A stretch of DNA of 54,860 nucleotides, filler included, from Bipalium vagum (GCA_037834085.1; 3 parts of 3 records of this genome joined end to end with filler, not necessarily neighbours in it), one strand, 5' to 3'. Counted from the whole stretch's first letter, positions 36,298 to 50,966 are shown. Notes: generated by a model from the letters alone, not told the origin. Translations and numbers: made by a program.

Positions 36298-36926
36298 TTG
36301 TGCCTTTTACGACCCTCTCTTTCCTTATTTTCGGAAACTTGTTCGGTCGTCACAGCTGGTCTTGATTTATTCAGCAGCTGCTGATGCTTGGCACAGTGTC
36401 TGATATTGCGTTTCTGAGGAGATTGGACATTTTCAACAGGGTCCATGTGGAATGGATAAGAATCGAGTTGAGTGATTTGCTGTGATTCCGTATTCATGTC
36501 ACTATGTTTTTCCACCCAGTCCCACACGAAATTTTTGTGTGACTGATGACTTACAATGGACGTCATGTTGGACGTGGACTGGTTGACAATATTGGACCGT
36601 TGTGATTGATTATTACAGGAAGATTTTTGAAATTGGAAATGAGCCGGTGATTCTGAAGGAATGGAAACATCATTTAGCTTTTGGTCTCCATCTGAAGAGC
36701 CGACAACGGCTGTCGTCGATTCTCGAGACGACGGGTTGTCATTTGACGTAGAATTCGTTGACGTTATTGAAGTGGTATTGATGGTGTTTATTTCCTGAAT
36801 GTTTGCGTTGATGTCAATGATCTGAGATACTATCTCACAGTTTTGGTTGATGTCAGGTACATGCTTGGACTTTGAGTTATTGTCTTTAGAGATGGAAGCC
36901 TTTTCTTTATAATAGGTCTGGGGTTC
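36298..36926 (-). CDS. KIF26: KIF26/VAB-8-like kinesin, exon
   Basis: Acceptor 'caacag|gaa' (phase 0), donor 'aa|gtattt'. EPQTYYKEK…FVWDWVEKH…RKRHK. Phase-compatible with the flanking exons. Confidence 0.78.
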
Positions 36927-38939
36927 CTGTTGTAATTTAACAATAATAATAACAACAACAAAAATCATTAAATTGAATTAAAAAACAGATTTCATAAATA
37001 ATAATATGAGAAATTATATAATAATCATTATTTAAAGTTTATAGGTTAATAAAATTGTAAATTTCTGAATTAAGTTGACAGGAAGGAATTAATTAAAAGT
37101 AAAATAATTAAATTGGTCAAATGATTTTGTTTTAGTTAAAGAATTTTAATAATTACTGGTTTTACTTTCAATAGTAATGATGTAGCCAATTTTGGTTATT
37201 TAAATATTTTTTTTATTAAATAAATAATAAAATTATTATTTATTTTTATTGTAATTAATAAATCGACAAAAAACAAAATTGAAAATCAATGAAAATTAAA
37301 ATAACTAAAAAAAAAGAATAAGATATTTTTTTTGTTTATAATAAAAATTTATTTTATCCCAAATCTAAAATTAATGAATATTTCGATTTTTTCCCATAAA
37401 ATTGTTAAATAAGTCATTTAAATAATAAAATATTAAGCTTAAATTTTATTTGCCAAATATAAAATTTTATAAAAATTCCAATTTCAAAATTTTCCAATCA
37501 ACAAATTCTCTAATTAAGAAAATGGATCATTAAATTTTTTTAAGATCATACTCCTCTTATGTTTGAGATCTAATTAATGTCTTTGATATTTTTCATATAC
37601 TTCTAAAAGCATAGAAATTAAATTTAATTTTCTAACATTTCTACTATATTTACTTTGTGTTTTGTTTAAATGAAATGCGTCAAAAATAAATATGGAAAGT
37701 AAATAAAAAATAAAAAAATTATGTTAAATATTCATTTAAAGTTGAAAAAAAAATGTTTTTTTACTTGCCAGTTTTATTATTTTTTTAATATTTTTATTTT
37801 TAAAATAAAAAATTAACGATAATTAATTTTTTAATATAAGAACATTTAACATATTTCAGATATTTTTTTGGTTGCCAAATTTTTTTTTCAAGAGATTATA
37901 TTCTGCAACTTCCGATTGCCATTAATTGATTAATTTAAATTTTTTATTAATAATTTAGAAAAAATCATTAGAAATTTGTTTTTTTTGTTTAAATGAACTT
38001 TTTAAAATTGTGAACGTTTATAATTTTTTTTCAAAGAGTAAAGTTCGTTTTTGTTTCGGAAAAAATATATTTGTTTGATGATTTTAAGTATAAAATTATT
38101 TTTTATAAATATTATTTAATATTTTATGTATTATTTGCTTTATATTTGTATTATATTTTATATAATAAACTTTATTATGAATATTTATTACCTATTGTTT
38201 ACTGGATTATTATAATATTACAACTCACTATATTACTTAAAGAATTTTTTAACATAAAGAAAAAAGTATAAACGGTAAATTATTCTAATTATGATCGTCT
38301 TATACAATTCTTGATCCATAATTTATTTTTTCTAATTAAAAAAATCTGAAAAAGATATGCAAGAATTTGTTTCTTTAATTACGATTTGATTGAAGGTAAA
38401 ACAGAATTTGCAATTTTTCTGCATATTTAATATTTAATATTTAATAATTTCTTAGTTTATTTTTGATATATTTTTTTTGCTTATGAAATTTGTGGAATTA
38501 ATAATATAAAAATTAAAAATGTTTATTAATAAATTAATAGTAATAATAATAATATTATTATTAATAAGTAATATTTATTAGCTGTAATTTCAACAAATTC
38601 AGACAATTTTTTAAGATTTTATTGATTTATGAAAAATAATAATATTAAAAAAATTTTACAAATTCGATAAATTAATATAATGTGCCTTAATTGTAAAAAT
38701 TTTGAAATTAGAGATATTTTTAATTTTAATAAAAAACATTTTAAATTAATAAAAATTATAAAATGTTTAAATATTCACAATAAAAGCACTATCCAACAAT
38801 TTGTGAACTTTTTTAAAGCTCCCTTCAATTTTTGAAAAATACATAAACATATTTTTGAACAAATAATAATTTAATGATGTTAATTTTTTAAAACCATTAA
38901 AAAAGTAAAAATCTTTTTAAAATTTTTTAGTATTTAGCC

Positions 38940-39150
38940 TTGGGTTTTTGTTCAACATTTGCCTGATTGGTTCTTTTCAATACCAGCAGCAGTCGACTGC
39001 GATAACGGGAATCATTTTTTCCATAATTACAACGTCTTGATGAAATCTTTCACTCTGTGTATCGCCGAAGTCACCACAATTTTCTGGTAAAAATAACAGA
39101 TGACAATGCATGAAATGCCGTTTTAGTGACATCAGACGGTCCAAAATCTT
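38940..39150 (-). mobile_element. Chapaev3/CMC-type transposase C-terminal remnant
   Basis: MSLKRHFMHCHLLFLPENCGDFGDTQSERFHQDVVIMEKM…AVDCCW matches the recalled motif MSLKxHFLHSHLDFFPENLGxxSDEQGERFHQDI…ADYCW. The superfamily label is from memory. Confidence 0.7.
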
Positions 39151-39299
39151 ATAAGTTTTTAATAAATCATAAATAAAATTTTTTTGTTTAAAATGTTTTA
39201 ATTAATACAAAAAATATATGAAATATTTGAGAAACACATAAGCAAACACATCTTATTTTAGCAAACACAAAGACATTTAAAATTTCGATGTCATATTTG

Positions 39300-39540
39300 C
39301 ATAGAACATTAAATGATAAGACATCAATTAAATATCATAAGAAATTTAAGATACTTAAACGAACGAAAACCAACAATCCCAAGCAAAGCAAAAATGTGGT
39401 TGTATAGAAAGTTCTTCAATAAAAATTTATTCTTAATGATGAGGCTTATTTCACTTTATCCAATACAACCGTATCAGGAAATGATGGATATTATACCAGC
39501 AACATTGAAACTGTTCATGTCTGTGTAAAATTTAAATAGA
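39300..39540 (+). mobile_element. Tc1/mariner-superfamily (DD37D/E-type) transposase remnant
   Basis: LYRKFFNK/FILNDEAYFTLSNTTVSGNDGYYTSN…VKFK (DDESYF…GNxxFY motif), frameshifted. Confidence 0.65.
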
Positions 39541-40338
39541 ATGTTTGGTCTAAATAGCCATTGGTCTATTAGTTGATTTTTATTTAATTTATTTCTTCAT
39601 TTTATTTCATTTCTATTTTCTTATTGTTTATCTCTCAATTTTTTGTTTTAATTTAATCTCTTCTAAGAAACATTAATTTAATTTAATTGATCAAAAAAAA
39701 TTTTCTTTATAGAGATTAATTAAAGAGAAAATAAATGAAAGATAAATTGCAGCTGTGAATGAAACTGAATTTGAGAACTCTAAATCAATCAGAAAAGGAT
39801 AGCATAAACGAGTATACATAAAAGAACAATTACAAAATGAAAAGAGAAATGCATTAAGATCATTATAAAACCATTTTAAAAAATAAACGAAATAAAATTG
39901 AAATCATAAAATGAATATGAGGAACATTATTTTCATCATTTTCAATTAATAAAAGAGATCATTAATTAAGTAAATTAAGCAGATTAATTAATCTAATTGA
40001 TGGTTAGCATCATTTTCCAATTATTTTCAATTTGGTATGGTATGGCTTTTGAGTAAAGACTGAATTAGGTATACTTATCCATGGCCTAAATCAATGAAAA
40101 TGTTATTTATTTTTTTTGAAAAATAATAAATAATATTGAATAAGAAAAATTATATTTAACAAGTTGAAATGAATAATTTTCTAAAAAAAAATTAAACGCA
40201 CTTTTAACATCACTTTGGAGATAAATTTTTAATATTAATATTTGTTAATTTTTATGGTAATATTAATTATATAAAATTTATTTAAAAATAAATAAAAAAT
40301 AGATGTAATTAATTAAATTAAATAATTATAAAATTAAC

Positions 40339-40557
40339 ATTTTCGTTGAATTTTAATGGATTTTCACAAAACTCTCGATTCTTATTCTTATTTAGAACCA
40401 TTGGTCCATCAACCCACATTTCTTTTTGAGTACTCAGCGTTTCAATGGCGTTTTTAGCAGCAACCTTTGGCCATACCAGAGCATTGGTTCTTACTGAAGC
40501 TTTAGGATAATGATGAGAACTGATGTGATATTTTGATATGTCGAGTTTGAGTAAATC
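40339..40557 (-). CDS. KIF26: KIF26/VAB-8-like kinesin, exon (73 codons)
   Basis: Acceptor 'tttatttag|gat', donor 'aat|gttaat', phase 0-0. DLLKLDISK…QKEMWVDGPMV…; the ExW(V/I)DGP motif is recalled from invertebrate KIF26 tails. Not in the ORF track. Confidence 0.75.
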
Positions 40558-40739
40558 CTAAATAAAAATATTATATAAATGAAGGTCCAAAAAATATATA
40601 AAAAATAATAATGAAACATAACGCACAGATTTTATGTTTTCTCTCAATTAAAATTTTATAAAAATTCACAAAAGAAAATAAATTAAACAAAATAATGTTT
40701 CTAAAGCGCTAAAGAAAATTTCTCAAAGTAGTTATGACA

Positions 40740-42010
40740 TATTGGGTCATCCGAAAATTAATATCCGCTTTTTTTATCAACATATTAATAGTTTTAATAA
40801 AATTAATCAATATACGTGGGTGAATCAAAAAGTAAAGATACAAATCATTTAAATTTTTTCATGGATAAGTAGTAGAAACAATATTTAGGTATTAATAAAT
40901 TAATGACTACTTGTTTAAATAATATGATTTATTTAAAATATCTGCAGCTAATTTAAAAATTGAATTAATGACCTTGTCCGAACACTACAAAGAAAAGATA
41001 AGGCAACGGGCAATTGTAAAATAAAATAGATTAATATTTCATGAAAAAATAGAGATGTAAAAAATTCATATAAAATTATTTCGAAATAATCTATCAAGAA
41101 TGAAAATTGTTCGTAAAGATTCGGAACTTATTTAATTTATATATTTTATTTTCTTCAATATCGAAAAGTTTTCAGTTCTCAATATTTTATCTCAAACATT
41201 AATTTATTCAAATTTATCAGTAGAATGCACTGAATTTTGTTTGGTTTTAGTAGAGTATCATACATTTGTGGAATCTTGAAATTTCATCTCTGTTGTAAAA
41301 GTTTATGGCGTTTGAAGAGGATTGATAAAAAGAAATGATAAATGCTTAAAATATATAGTGAACATTTATAAAATAAAACTTTTTAAATTTAACAAAAAGA
41401 ACCTTCGATTTAAAAGACTGAATAGGAGAAAGACTTTCAGTAAGAAGAGTACTAGGAATAAAGGGGTGCAAAATGTTTATAATTTACTTATCCACAATGA
41501 TTACTAAACTCAGTTATATATGGAATATTGGATATATTTGAATCAAATATTGTCAATTTAAAAAAAATGTTTGCAAAGGAAAAGGGGCTTACAGAATAAG
41601 AATCAAAATAAAATCTTCCTACTAATATATATTTAAGAAATACATAAAATATTGTAACATAAATAACGACCATCATATATAGAACATAGTGGATGACAAC
41701 ATCAAATCATACGTTGATAAAGGAACATTGCACAAACTAAATGAGTTGAGGTACGAGATTTGGCCTTATCATTTATATTTTCTAGACTTGAAAACAACAG
41801 ACTTTTTTTCTTTAAGCATCTGATCAAAGTCTTATAGAAAAGACTGTAGAAACCCATCTAATGACCGAACGGTATTCGATGACTTCATTGTCTGATAAAC
41901 GAGGATTCTACTTGAAATATATCAATAAACCTATTTTACGTTGAGAGAAATGGACTAAATTTGTTGGTTATATTTTGATTATTTATATTCATCTTGAACA
42001 AAGTTAAAAG
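40740..42010 (+). mobile_element. Nested, decayed mariner fragments
   Basis: TIR-like TATTGGGTCATCCG (40740) and TACGTGGGTGAATCAAAAAGTAA (40813). The C-terminal remnant at 41690-41985 reads DDNIKSYV…LHKLNELRYEIWPYHLYFLDLKTTDF…INKPILR*EKW. Confidence 0.65.
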
Positions 42011-43989
42011 ATTCTCAGTTTTATACAGTTAAACCTGTAACTAGTGAACACTAGAATTAAAAATAGCCCTCATTGATTAAATGGCATTTAGTGAATAAAA
42101 CAATTTCATTGGTCTAATTTAAATTAAAGAACGACATTATTTTTTTACCACGTTAGTATTTTAATTCATTATATATATATAGAAAATAGAACATCTGATG
42201 GGAACTTCAATTAAGTTTGGTAATTTTTTCTAAACAGTCTAACTAAAGAAAGAATGAAAATTTAATATCTCAGATGTCACGCAAAGATCATTTTTTAATA
42301 GACATTTTTTCAATATTATGAATGTTATTCGTACATTTCAAAATGTTTAGGATACCCAGAGAGATGAAGCTTAACGAAATACAATAACTAATCTAAGTTT
42401 CACAACACACGGGAATAAAATCAAACCAGATTTTCAATATTAATAATTTCCGAGTTTAGAAGATCATGAAAACATGTAGCATCAGAGATACTTGACAGTA
42501 GTTTTGGAGTATGTATGGAAAACCACTGGAAACCAAGACGTAAGCACTATTTTGATTTTCAACAATAGATACAATATAAGAATAATAACGAGACATATCA
42601 TCTCCACGGATATGTTCTAATCAAAAATTTATTCAGAAAATAATTTTTTTGAAGAGCTAAAGATATTAATAAAAAATATATAAATAACAATGCTATCTTT
42701 TCCTGAACAGTGACCAGTTATCTAAAAACGTAATCAAAAGTTCGAAAGAACGTAACAGAATGAGAAAAGAAAGAAAATTGCGAATTTATCTTTCTGACCT
42801 CGTTATTTTATTTCTTGGCAAGATCAGATCATAAATTTCTATATTTAGTCGACAGCCTGGTCGGAATCAGACTAATTATCATATGAAGAAATTGATTGTA
42901 GAATTCGGCAAATATAAAAGAGAAAATGGTTATTTTGTTAAAAATAATGAAAACTATTTTCTATTAATCAAATAATTTTTTTCTAATAAAACAATGATAA
43001 TAATGCTTTTTTTCTTTTTCCTTTTTATTATTCAAAAAATATTTATTAAAAGTTNNNNNNNNNNNNNNNNNNNNNNNNNNNNNNNNNNNNNNNNNNNNNN
43101 NNNNNNNNNNNNNNNNNNNNNNNNNNNNNNNNNNNNNNNNNNNNNNNNNNNNNNNNNNNNNNNNNNNNNNNNNNNNNNNNNNNNNTATTTTTTATAAATA
43201 AATTTAGTTTTAAAATAAAATCAGAAAATATTTTTAATTTTAACAAAATTTTGAAAATCTAAATCTCGTAGTTTACAGTTAAATTAAATAATTCATAATA
43301 TTATAAATAAAAAAATCATAACTCAAAAATTCCAAAGCAGAAAAATTGTTATAATTTTTTTTCCTACAGCACTTCTCCGTTACTTAAGATATCTTAAGTT
43401 ATTTTGCCAATGGAGATAAAAATATCCCAAATCAATCGCATATACAGACAAAGAATATAATTTAATGAGTTACAAAATCGGAGAATTTTCAATAAATTAT
43501 TTATTTATATCAAATTAATTTAAAATGAATTTAAAGTAAACAACAATCGTTATAAATGTAAATTACACTGGGAATGACTTTGTCACACAAGTCACAAATT
43601 GAGAAAAAATATAAATAAATAATATAATTCTATTTCCTGTCATTTTCAACAGTATTAGTTATGTTGATGTCATCGATAATCAGAATATTTATTCAATTAT
43701 TTATTTTTTGTGATTTTTTATTTCTATTTAAATTAATCTAGGTGCAAAGATTTAGTGGAAAATTAGGAGAATACGAAAATTAATTAAAATTTAATTAGCC
43801 ATGAAAATTAATTCTATTAAAAGAAAATTCAACAAAATCTACCAAATCATCAAATGACATTAATTAAATTCGATCTTTTGTTTCAATAAACACCGAATTA
43901 AAAAAATCATAAATATTTATGAACTGTTTTCACTAATAATTTTTGTTTGCACTAGATTAGATTAATTAAAAAAATCTTCGAAAATGTAT

Positions 43990-44785
43990 ATAATTTCGCG
44001 GTGTGATCTTTTTTTATTTCTCAAAGGGTTTGACAAGAAAGAAATTATTAATCAGCTTCTATAGGTAAACGATGAAGAAGACCCTTCTCAGGCAATCATT
44101 AATAAGTGGATCCGAGAATTCTCTTGTGGTAGAAAAAAGGCGTTTATGTAACTAAAAGTGAGAGACCTGTCAAAATAGATGAAAAAATTATTGAAAGATT
44201 AAAAGGTATTGTGACAAAGGAACGGAAACCCAGCTATCTGAGAGGCTAAGTGTATGCAAAAGAGCCTTTTAGGCCTTGTTCGTGTCGAGATTTTTTGCTG
44301 AGATGATGGATAGACGAAAATGACTTGTCAAAGGAATCTTTGTCTTCTGAATGCAGTTGAACCAAAAGTTGAACCAAACATCTAAAGCAGGGTACGGAGT
44401 CAAGAGTTTTTTTGCTTTGTGAAAACTCTCCTCTTCACAGATCCAAGAAAACATAGGCATATTAACAAAATCTGTCTTTGTGAATCTGAATCCTCTTCCA
44501 TACAATCCAGATCTTGGATCATATAATTTTCGGTTGTTCAGTTACCTGAAGGAACATATGCGAGAACATAAATTTGTTATCAAACGATGATATAGAGCAT
44601 GGAACAAAAATCCGCATGGAGGAAGATCAAAATTTCTTTGAAATAGGCTCCAATGGAATAGTCGACCAAAGAGAATAGTTCGCCAATGTAAACTGTGGTG
44701 ATATATACAAATTAGATTTATATTGTTTATTATATAAATGTTTAATTATTACTGAAAATATTTTATTGAGTTGACTCCATTATTT
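43990..44785 (+). mobile_element. Decayed mariner element (internally deleted)
   Basis: RGVIFFYFSKGL…INKWIREFSCGR; LPYNPDLGSYNFRLFSYLKEHMR (YSPDL-like); FFEIGSNGIVDQ. Confidence 0.8.
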
Positions 44786-45301
44786 TTGGTAGAGTAAGTA
44801 CTTTTAAATCTGATAAGCAGAATTCCATAATGTTTATTTTGTTTTTAATTCGTTTTCACAAACCCTTCTCATTGCTCTTTTCTGTATTTATAATTTTTTC
44901 AATATTATAAAATTTAATCCTAAAATTATGAAACTGTTTCCTTTGACATTTACAAACTTATAATTGATCCAGTTAGAAAACATCGGCCGTATCCAGGACA
45001 GTGTTCAACAGTGACTCCAAAACCGGATATTACTTTTAAAAAAGTATATGCTATATATCTGAAACAGTTATCGAGTCATGAAATACTATGGGTAGCTTGG
45101 AAGAAAAGACGCTCAACGCCACAATGAACAAATCAATTCAAGGAATAGAAATCTGGAAAAACAACCACCAGTCACAATAATAGGAAGTCGAAAAGTCATT
45201 CTTCCTCATCACAACACTTCAGATATATAAAAATTTCATTCATGAATTATTATAGTGATACGTTTCGATATATTTTTAATTAATATTTTCTATCCAGACA
45301 A

Positions 45302-45497
45302 AGTTCTTGATTCTTATTAATGTTAGTAAATGAAGAAATTTATTCCCTGTTAAACGTCTTTTGGGATTGAAACGGCATCTTGAAGCGTTAGATTTTACTG
45401 AAGAAATCTTAAATTCTGATTATTACAGTAATAGCATATTTAAAACCCGAAACATTCAACTCCAGTTCTTGATTCTTATTAATGTTAGTAAATGAAG
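45302..45497. repeat. Exact 34-bp direct repeat pair (45302-45335 and 45464-45497)
   Basis: AGTTCTTGATTCTTATTAATGTTAGTAAATGAAG occurs twice, separated by 128 bp. Confidence 0.9.
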
Positions 45498-48400
45498 CAT
45501 TTTTACGAGATAAACTACAATTCATTGAAATGTCACCAAAGAGAATATTATTTTACTCAATTATAATTGTCCAAAATTATCATCTTGAATTATTCAGAGA
45601 ATACACTGACAAACCATTGATTTCTACAATCCCCTGTTTGTATATAAAGAATTCAGTGAAATAATTTTAATTAAAAAGTACAATTGTTTAGTTAATTAAA
45701 ACTAAAAACTATTACATAATTCTGTCGACTTTTTCATTAAGTCCGAAAAACGTGAAATGTTTTTATAAAAAATTTGTACAACGGGTAAATAAGCAGAGAA
45801 ATATAGAATATTTTGATTAATAAAAAATACTATTTTTTTATTTAAAAAATGATCGTTAATTCAATGATCTAATTGTTTTAATTTTTAAGATAAATTTTTG
45901 TTTAATTAATGAAAATTTAATAAATCGATATTTATTAATTATATATACTGGAATTATGGAGAGCAATAGAAAATTCCTTTAGAGGATCTTCATGTTTCCT
46001 TTTGAATGTTTGATTACGGCATTTTGTCTGTTTTTGTTTTAATATTGCAAAATACTCTATGAAATAATTGTTAATTTTAAACGATTAAATTAAATAAATC
46101 TGATGATATCAGCTTTCAAAAAAATATTTGGAAAATAAAATATAGAATAAGGATTTGGGAACGTGACAAATGAAAATCTCACATATTCCCATTATATTTT
46201 CACCTAAAAGCATCAATAGGGGTGGATCATGCTCACTTAAGATGGATAAAACGTGCATTGTTAAATTATTACCAAATGCCATTAGTCTTATAATGAGATT
46301 GGAAGGATAACTGTAATTTTATAACTCATTATAAGCCACCTGCTTTAATTTTTTTTATTTTTCGTGATTATTTTTCATTATATATTTTTAATGCACATTT
46401 TTCTATCATTTTAAATAATATCTTAATAATTAAAATAACAGTCAAAACCTTTGTTTAATTAAGATATAGCTGGAATTACATCTATGCTCACATATGATCC
46501 ATATTATATTTTATTTCGAAATTTCTTCTTAAAAATAACATTTAATTTTCCATGAAATTGTGAAAATATTTATAAAAATTATAAAAAAAAATATAAAATA
46601 ATATTTGATTTTACCCTTGCCCACAAAATAATTTATATTTTTAATCAAAAATTTAGATAGTGATATGATATTGGACTATAAATCTTTAAGGATATTGACC
46701 AATGATAAGATTAAAACATAAGTTAGTCCGTTTTTAAAATCATTTATTAGTCAATAATATTTAAGCAAAATAAAGACTTTTATTCCATGATAAACAGAGA
46801 TCAATCAGTTACGTATTGTAGATCCTATTTTCAACTTTTTCCATCGTTTTACCAATTTGTTGATCCAGTTTTTTCAAAATTAAGCTGGTCTGGAATAAAA
46901 GTAATTCTCAATCCAATACCTCACAAGCCAGTACAATACCTCAATTTTTTTGCAACCACGATTGTAGGAAAAAAGCATCAGATGTCGATAATGTACATCT
47001 TTATCAATAAATTCCATTGGTCAATTTAATTTATCCGCAAAGTAAATATTATAAATTAGTTCAGTAAAACAAAATTATGTACAATGGATAATTATTTTTC
47101 AAAACATTCATAATACTTTGCTAAATAAAACCAAAATTGGGACAAAAAACTCATTTGAAAACGACGAAAGAAATTAATTATTTTTCAAAATAATATAATC
47201 ATAAAATATTTCTGGTGGTTTAATTAATAAAATGTCGTAAACATTAAAATGTTATGATGCACTATTGAATTATTATTTGTATCTTATGAAAACTAGTCTA
47301 ACACAAAAGTTTCTGATCTTTCGATTAAAAGATAAAATTCTTTTCAGTGGCATCCCAGATAGCACGACCAGACTCCATTCTACATCTATTAGAGTGAGGA
47401 AGAAGATCGCGGTCGGTTATATTGGAAAAATTAGACAAATAAATAAATGAACCAATGTGCTTGATAATCAGTCTCCATTAATTAATCTACCTCTATAAAT
47501 TCTATGCAATCCAATTATTTTTAAGAAATAATATCAGTAAAATAAACAGAGGTTTTCTGAGAATATTTACCGTAATCAAGTTCTAAACGTTTGGACGAAA
47601 TCTGCTATTATTATCATGAAATTCTAATTTTTATTTATTAGTTATTTCCAGATATCTATAGTCACGGCATTCTTAATATCATCTAGTTAAGAATCAAATT
47701 TAAAGGTTTTCTCACTAGGCAGAAGCACATCATTTCAGTCAAATTCCGAGAAAAACTTTTTAAAAGATGTAAATCTATTGGGTTGGCAATTAAGTGCGTT
47801 CGGTTTTTCAAAAGAAATAAAAACATTTTATTGATAAAATAATCTCAATCAGTGATGTGTGATTTTTTATTAAAGATCCATGTTTTTCTTCTCTTACTAA
47901 GAGTTTTACAAATGGATATTCCAGGTTCATTTTTAAAGAAGGTTGCAAACAGAAATAAGATAATTAATATTTCTTTCTATCAATATAATATGTTCCAAAA
48001 GTTCATAACGAAAGATTTTAGTCTTGAACAAATCAAACAGTAGCTTTAAATTTTGAAAACCACAAGAGTGACTGGTCATATCATTGTTTCAATATTTTTC
48101 TTTTTTATTTTTGCTTTAAGAATAACGAATTAATAAAAATAATATAATTGGTTGGTGAAAATTTTAACGTTGGTGCACTAAAGGATTAAATTAATCATAA
48201 ATTTCAACATGTTACACATTTACTATTAAAACAAAATTACTTAAAAAAATTAACGAGTTTTGTTAGTAATCACTTCAAAATAATAAGTTGATTTTTAACT
48301 TATCTCTCGATCTAATATTTGTTTGGTTATTTCAAGAATGGTGTTTACAAAATCAAAACTTTTCAATAGATATGCTTAAATACAACAGGAAGTTATGCAT

Positions 48401-48922
48401 ATACACACAAAACGAAAGAACCTTTAATGACAAAATTGTTACAAATACTCAGATTATCTCTCAAGTGATTCAGGTCAATAGTCAGTCTCTATTTTGCTTA
48501 TTCTTCTAAGAACGTCTCTCATAACATTAGTACTTCAATCACGGTTTTGAATGTTTTTATTCTTCTTTTGACTTCAAATTAACAAAATATGGATAACCAT
48601 GCCCTAAGTTTATGTCAGCGGTTATGAGATAAATGTAACGGGGCTCAGATACAAAACTTCATTATTTGAGTTATATTGGAGAATTTTATTAAAATTGTTA
48701 ACACAACACCTTGTAGAGGTTACAGAAAATTGTTTATTTATTTTTTCTTAATTATAAAAACATTGTTAGAAATTAATAATCGTTATTCTAAGTTCCCATA
48801 TATTTTATGTAATATAATGTTACAGGATTTTATAATCGTTTCCTAATAATTGTTAATCTCTCATTTCATTCTAGTTTCAGAAAATGATATAATTTCAAAG
48901 TTACGATAAAAAAATGTATTAC

Positions 48923-49270
48923 AGATTCTGATCCAGATCTTTCCAGAATGGCATTTGAGAAACCTGGGGATGATATTCTTCTTTTTCTCATCATAAAAGA
49001 AGATTGATCTTTTCCAATTTTATTTCTTGATGCTCCCAAATAAATGACAGTATCACAAGATTGTTCACTGCTCGAAGTGTAGTCAGCTTCCGATGACGTC
49101 ATTCCATTGTTACTGGAACTGGATGATACTCCAACATTTCCATTCTTATTTCTGCTTGCTCTCCGAAATCCAAAACTGTCGCACGAAGAACTGTCATCCG
49201 AGCTGGTTCCTGACATTTTGGAATACTTTCGACTTTTCAATCTTTGTAACTTGGCGGCGAATTGAAGAAT
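48923..49270 (-). CDS. KIF26: KIF26/VAB-8-like kinesin, exon (motor end + neck + SSSEQSCDTVIY motif)
   Basis: Acceptor 'tattttag|att', donor 'tct|gtaata', 116 codons. ILQFAAKLQRLKSRKY…SSEADYTSSSEQSCDTVIYLG matches the KIF26 hallmark SSDPDYSSSSEQSCDTVIY. Confidence 0.93.
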
Positions 49271-49693
49271 CTAAAATAGAAAAATACTCACATAGACTGC
49301 CACTGCAAAAATATACCATAAAATATGAAGAAACTCATTTTCCAGTACAATGAAATTAGTAATATATATTTATTTATTTTCATCGTTATACGTATATGAG
49401 ATTGGTATATATGATATAAGATGTTGATTAATGTTTATTTCTTTGTTTTACCAGTTTCCTTTTTGATTAATGAAACGAGATGAAATAAATATTATAATAA
49501 TATTATGGGACAACAAAATAACATTCTTTTATTTCATGTCTCAAGAAAAAGATATACAAACGTAATGCTCTAACACTTTTACGAAACGCAGTGTAGTCTT
49601 ACTTCGGTAGTTAAAAATAATTTCTAAATAATTATTGATTAATTAAAATTATTCACTATATTTTATATTTATTAACAAAAATTCACATTAATA

Positions 49694-50966
49694 TTAGGAT
49701 GATTCATCAATAATTTCGTTTATTATTTAAAATAATAAAAACAAAATAAAACAAAAACAAAATTATATTATGTTTCGACATAAAGGCCATTTGAATAAAT
49801 AATTTTAAGCCATCTATCTGACAGTTGTTGGATACCTTATTGGTATCATTCCTTGTCCTTGGGCCTGAAAAATACGCCGTTTTGATTTCCTTCAAGTTAT
49901 TGAATCTACGCACTCAGAAAATGTGCCATTGATCGAAAAAGATGGTAATACTATGGAACAAGATCGGAACTGTATGCTGGATGTGGTAGCATTTCAATAG
50001 ATTCACATTCTCTGATTTTTCGATTGTTTTCTTGGCAGTGTGCGGTTTTGCATTATCTTGCTGTAAGACTACCCGATTTCTATTGACAAATGCCGGATAT
50101 TTCAGTTTTAATTTTTGAAATATTCGATTCAATTGAGCACAATATAGTGTGCGTCTAGTGATATACTATTTGAAATCAATTCGAAGTGGATCATGTCTTC
50201 GAGATTCAACCAGACGTACAATAATGTCTTCTGTGAGAATCGGTCTCTTTGTGAAACCGGTTCTGTCACTTTCCCAGAGGCAACACACTGATTATTTTTG
50301 TGAGGATTGGTAAAATATTTCCACTTTTCATTAGATGTTACAATGTGTATAATGAAACAATCATCCGCGGATTTTCCAGATGATTTCTACATGTTTCTAT
50401 ACGTCGTTTTGCCAGATTTTCGGTCAAATCTTGAAGTACTTCTCTACATCGTTTGTTGACTTTACCGATTACTTTAATGTGTCGTACAACTGTTGCTTGG
50501 GAAATACCTAGATCAGCAGATAATATTTGAGTGCTAGTCCGTGGTTTGGTCTCAACAACATTGCCTAGCACTTCTTTATTCACAGTTACTGGCATACCGG
50601 TACGTGGTTGATCGTATAAATCATTGTAACCTTCATTAATTTTTTTGAACCAGATTTAGGCTATACTAATGAAGACCACATCTTCACCTTCCACGTCACA
50701 TATTTTGCTGGCAGCTTCATTTGGTTTGAACTGTTGCTTCCAATAATGTCGAAGCAGAGTGCAAATTTTGATTTTTTCCATTTTTATTTCAGCTAAAATA
50801 AAAGATTGTATTACATTTATATAACATAAATTAATTAACCTAATGGTTGAAAATTTATTAAGTTTTAAATTGATATATAAATCAATATATTCATATTGTT
50901 TATCAACTAAAAAAATTATTTGAACTATTTAAACAAAAAAACAAAATTATTTATGAATCACCCTAA
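49694..50966 (-). mobile_element. Full-length but decayed mariner element (1273 bp) with TIRs and TA target-site duplication
   Basis: TIRs TTAGGATGATTCATCAATAATTTCGT and (reverse complement) TTAGGGTGATTCATAAATAATTTTGT, TA on both sides. The transposase runs from ~50780 (MEKIKICTLLRHYWKQ…) through VLQQDNAKPHTA, with stops and frameshifts. Confidence 0.92.

Noticed and set aside
38071-38271. Short Ile/Phe/Tyr/Lys-rich ORFs in AT-rich introns and intergenic DNA (e.g. 14935, 15630, 25432, 38071, 41322, 54017, 54306)
   Set aside because: Expected by chance at this base composition; no motifs or splice support.
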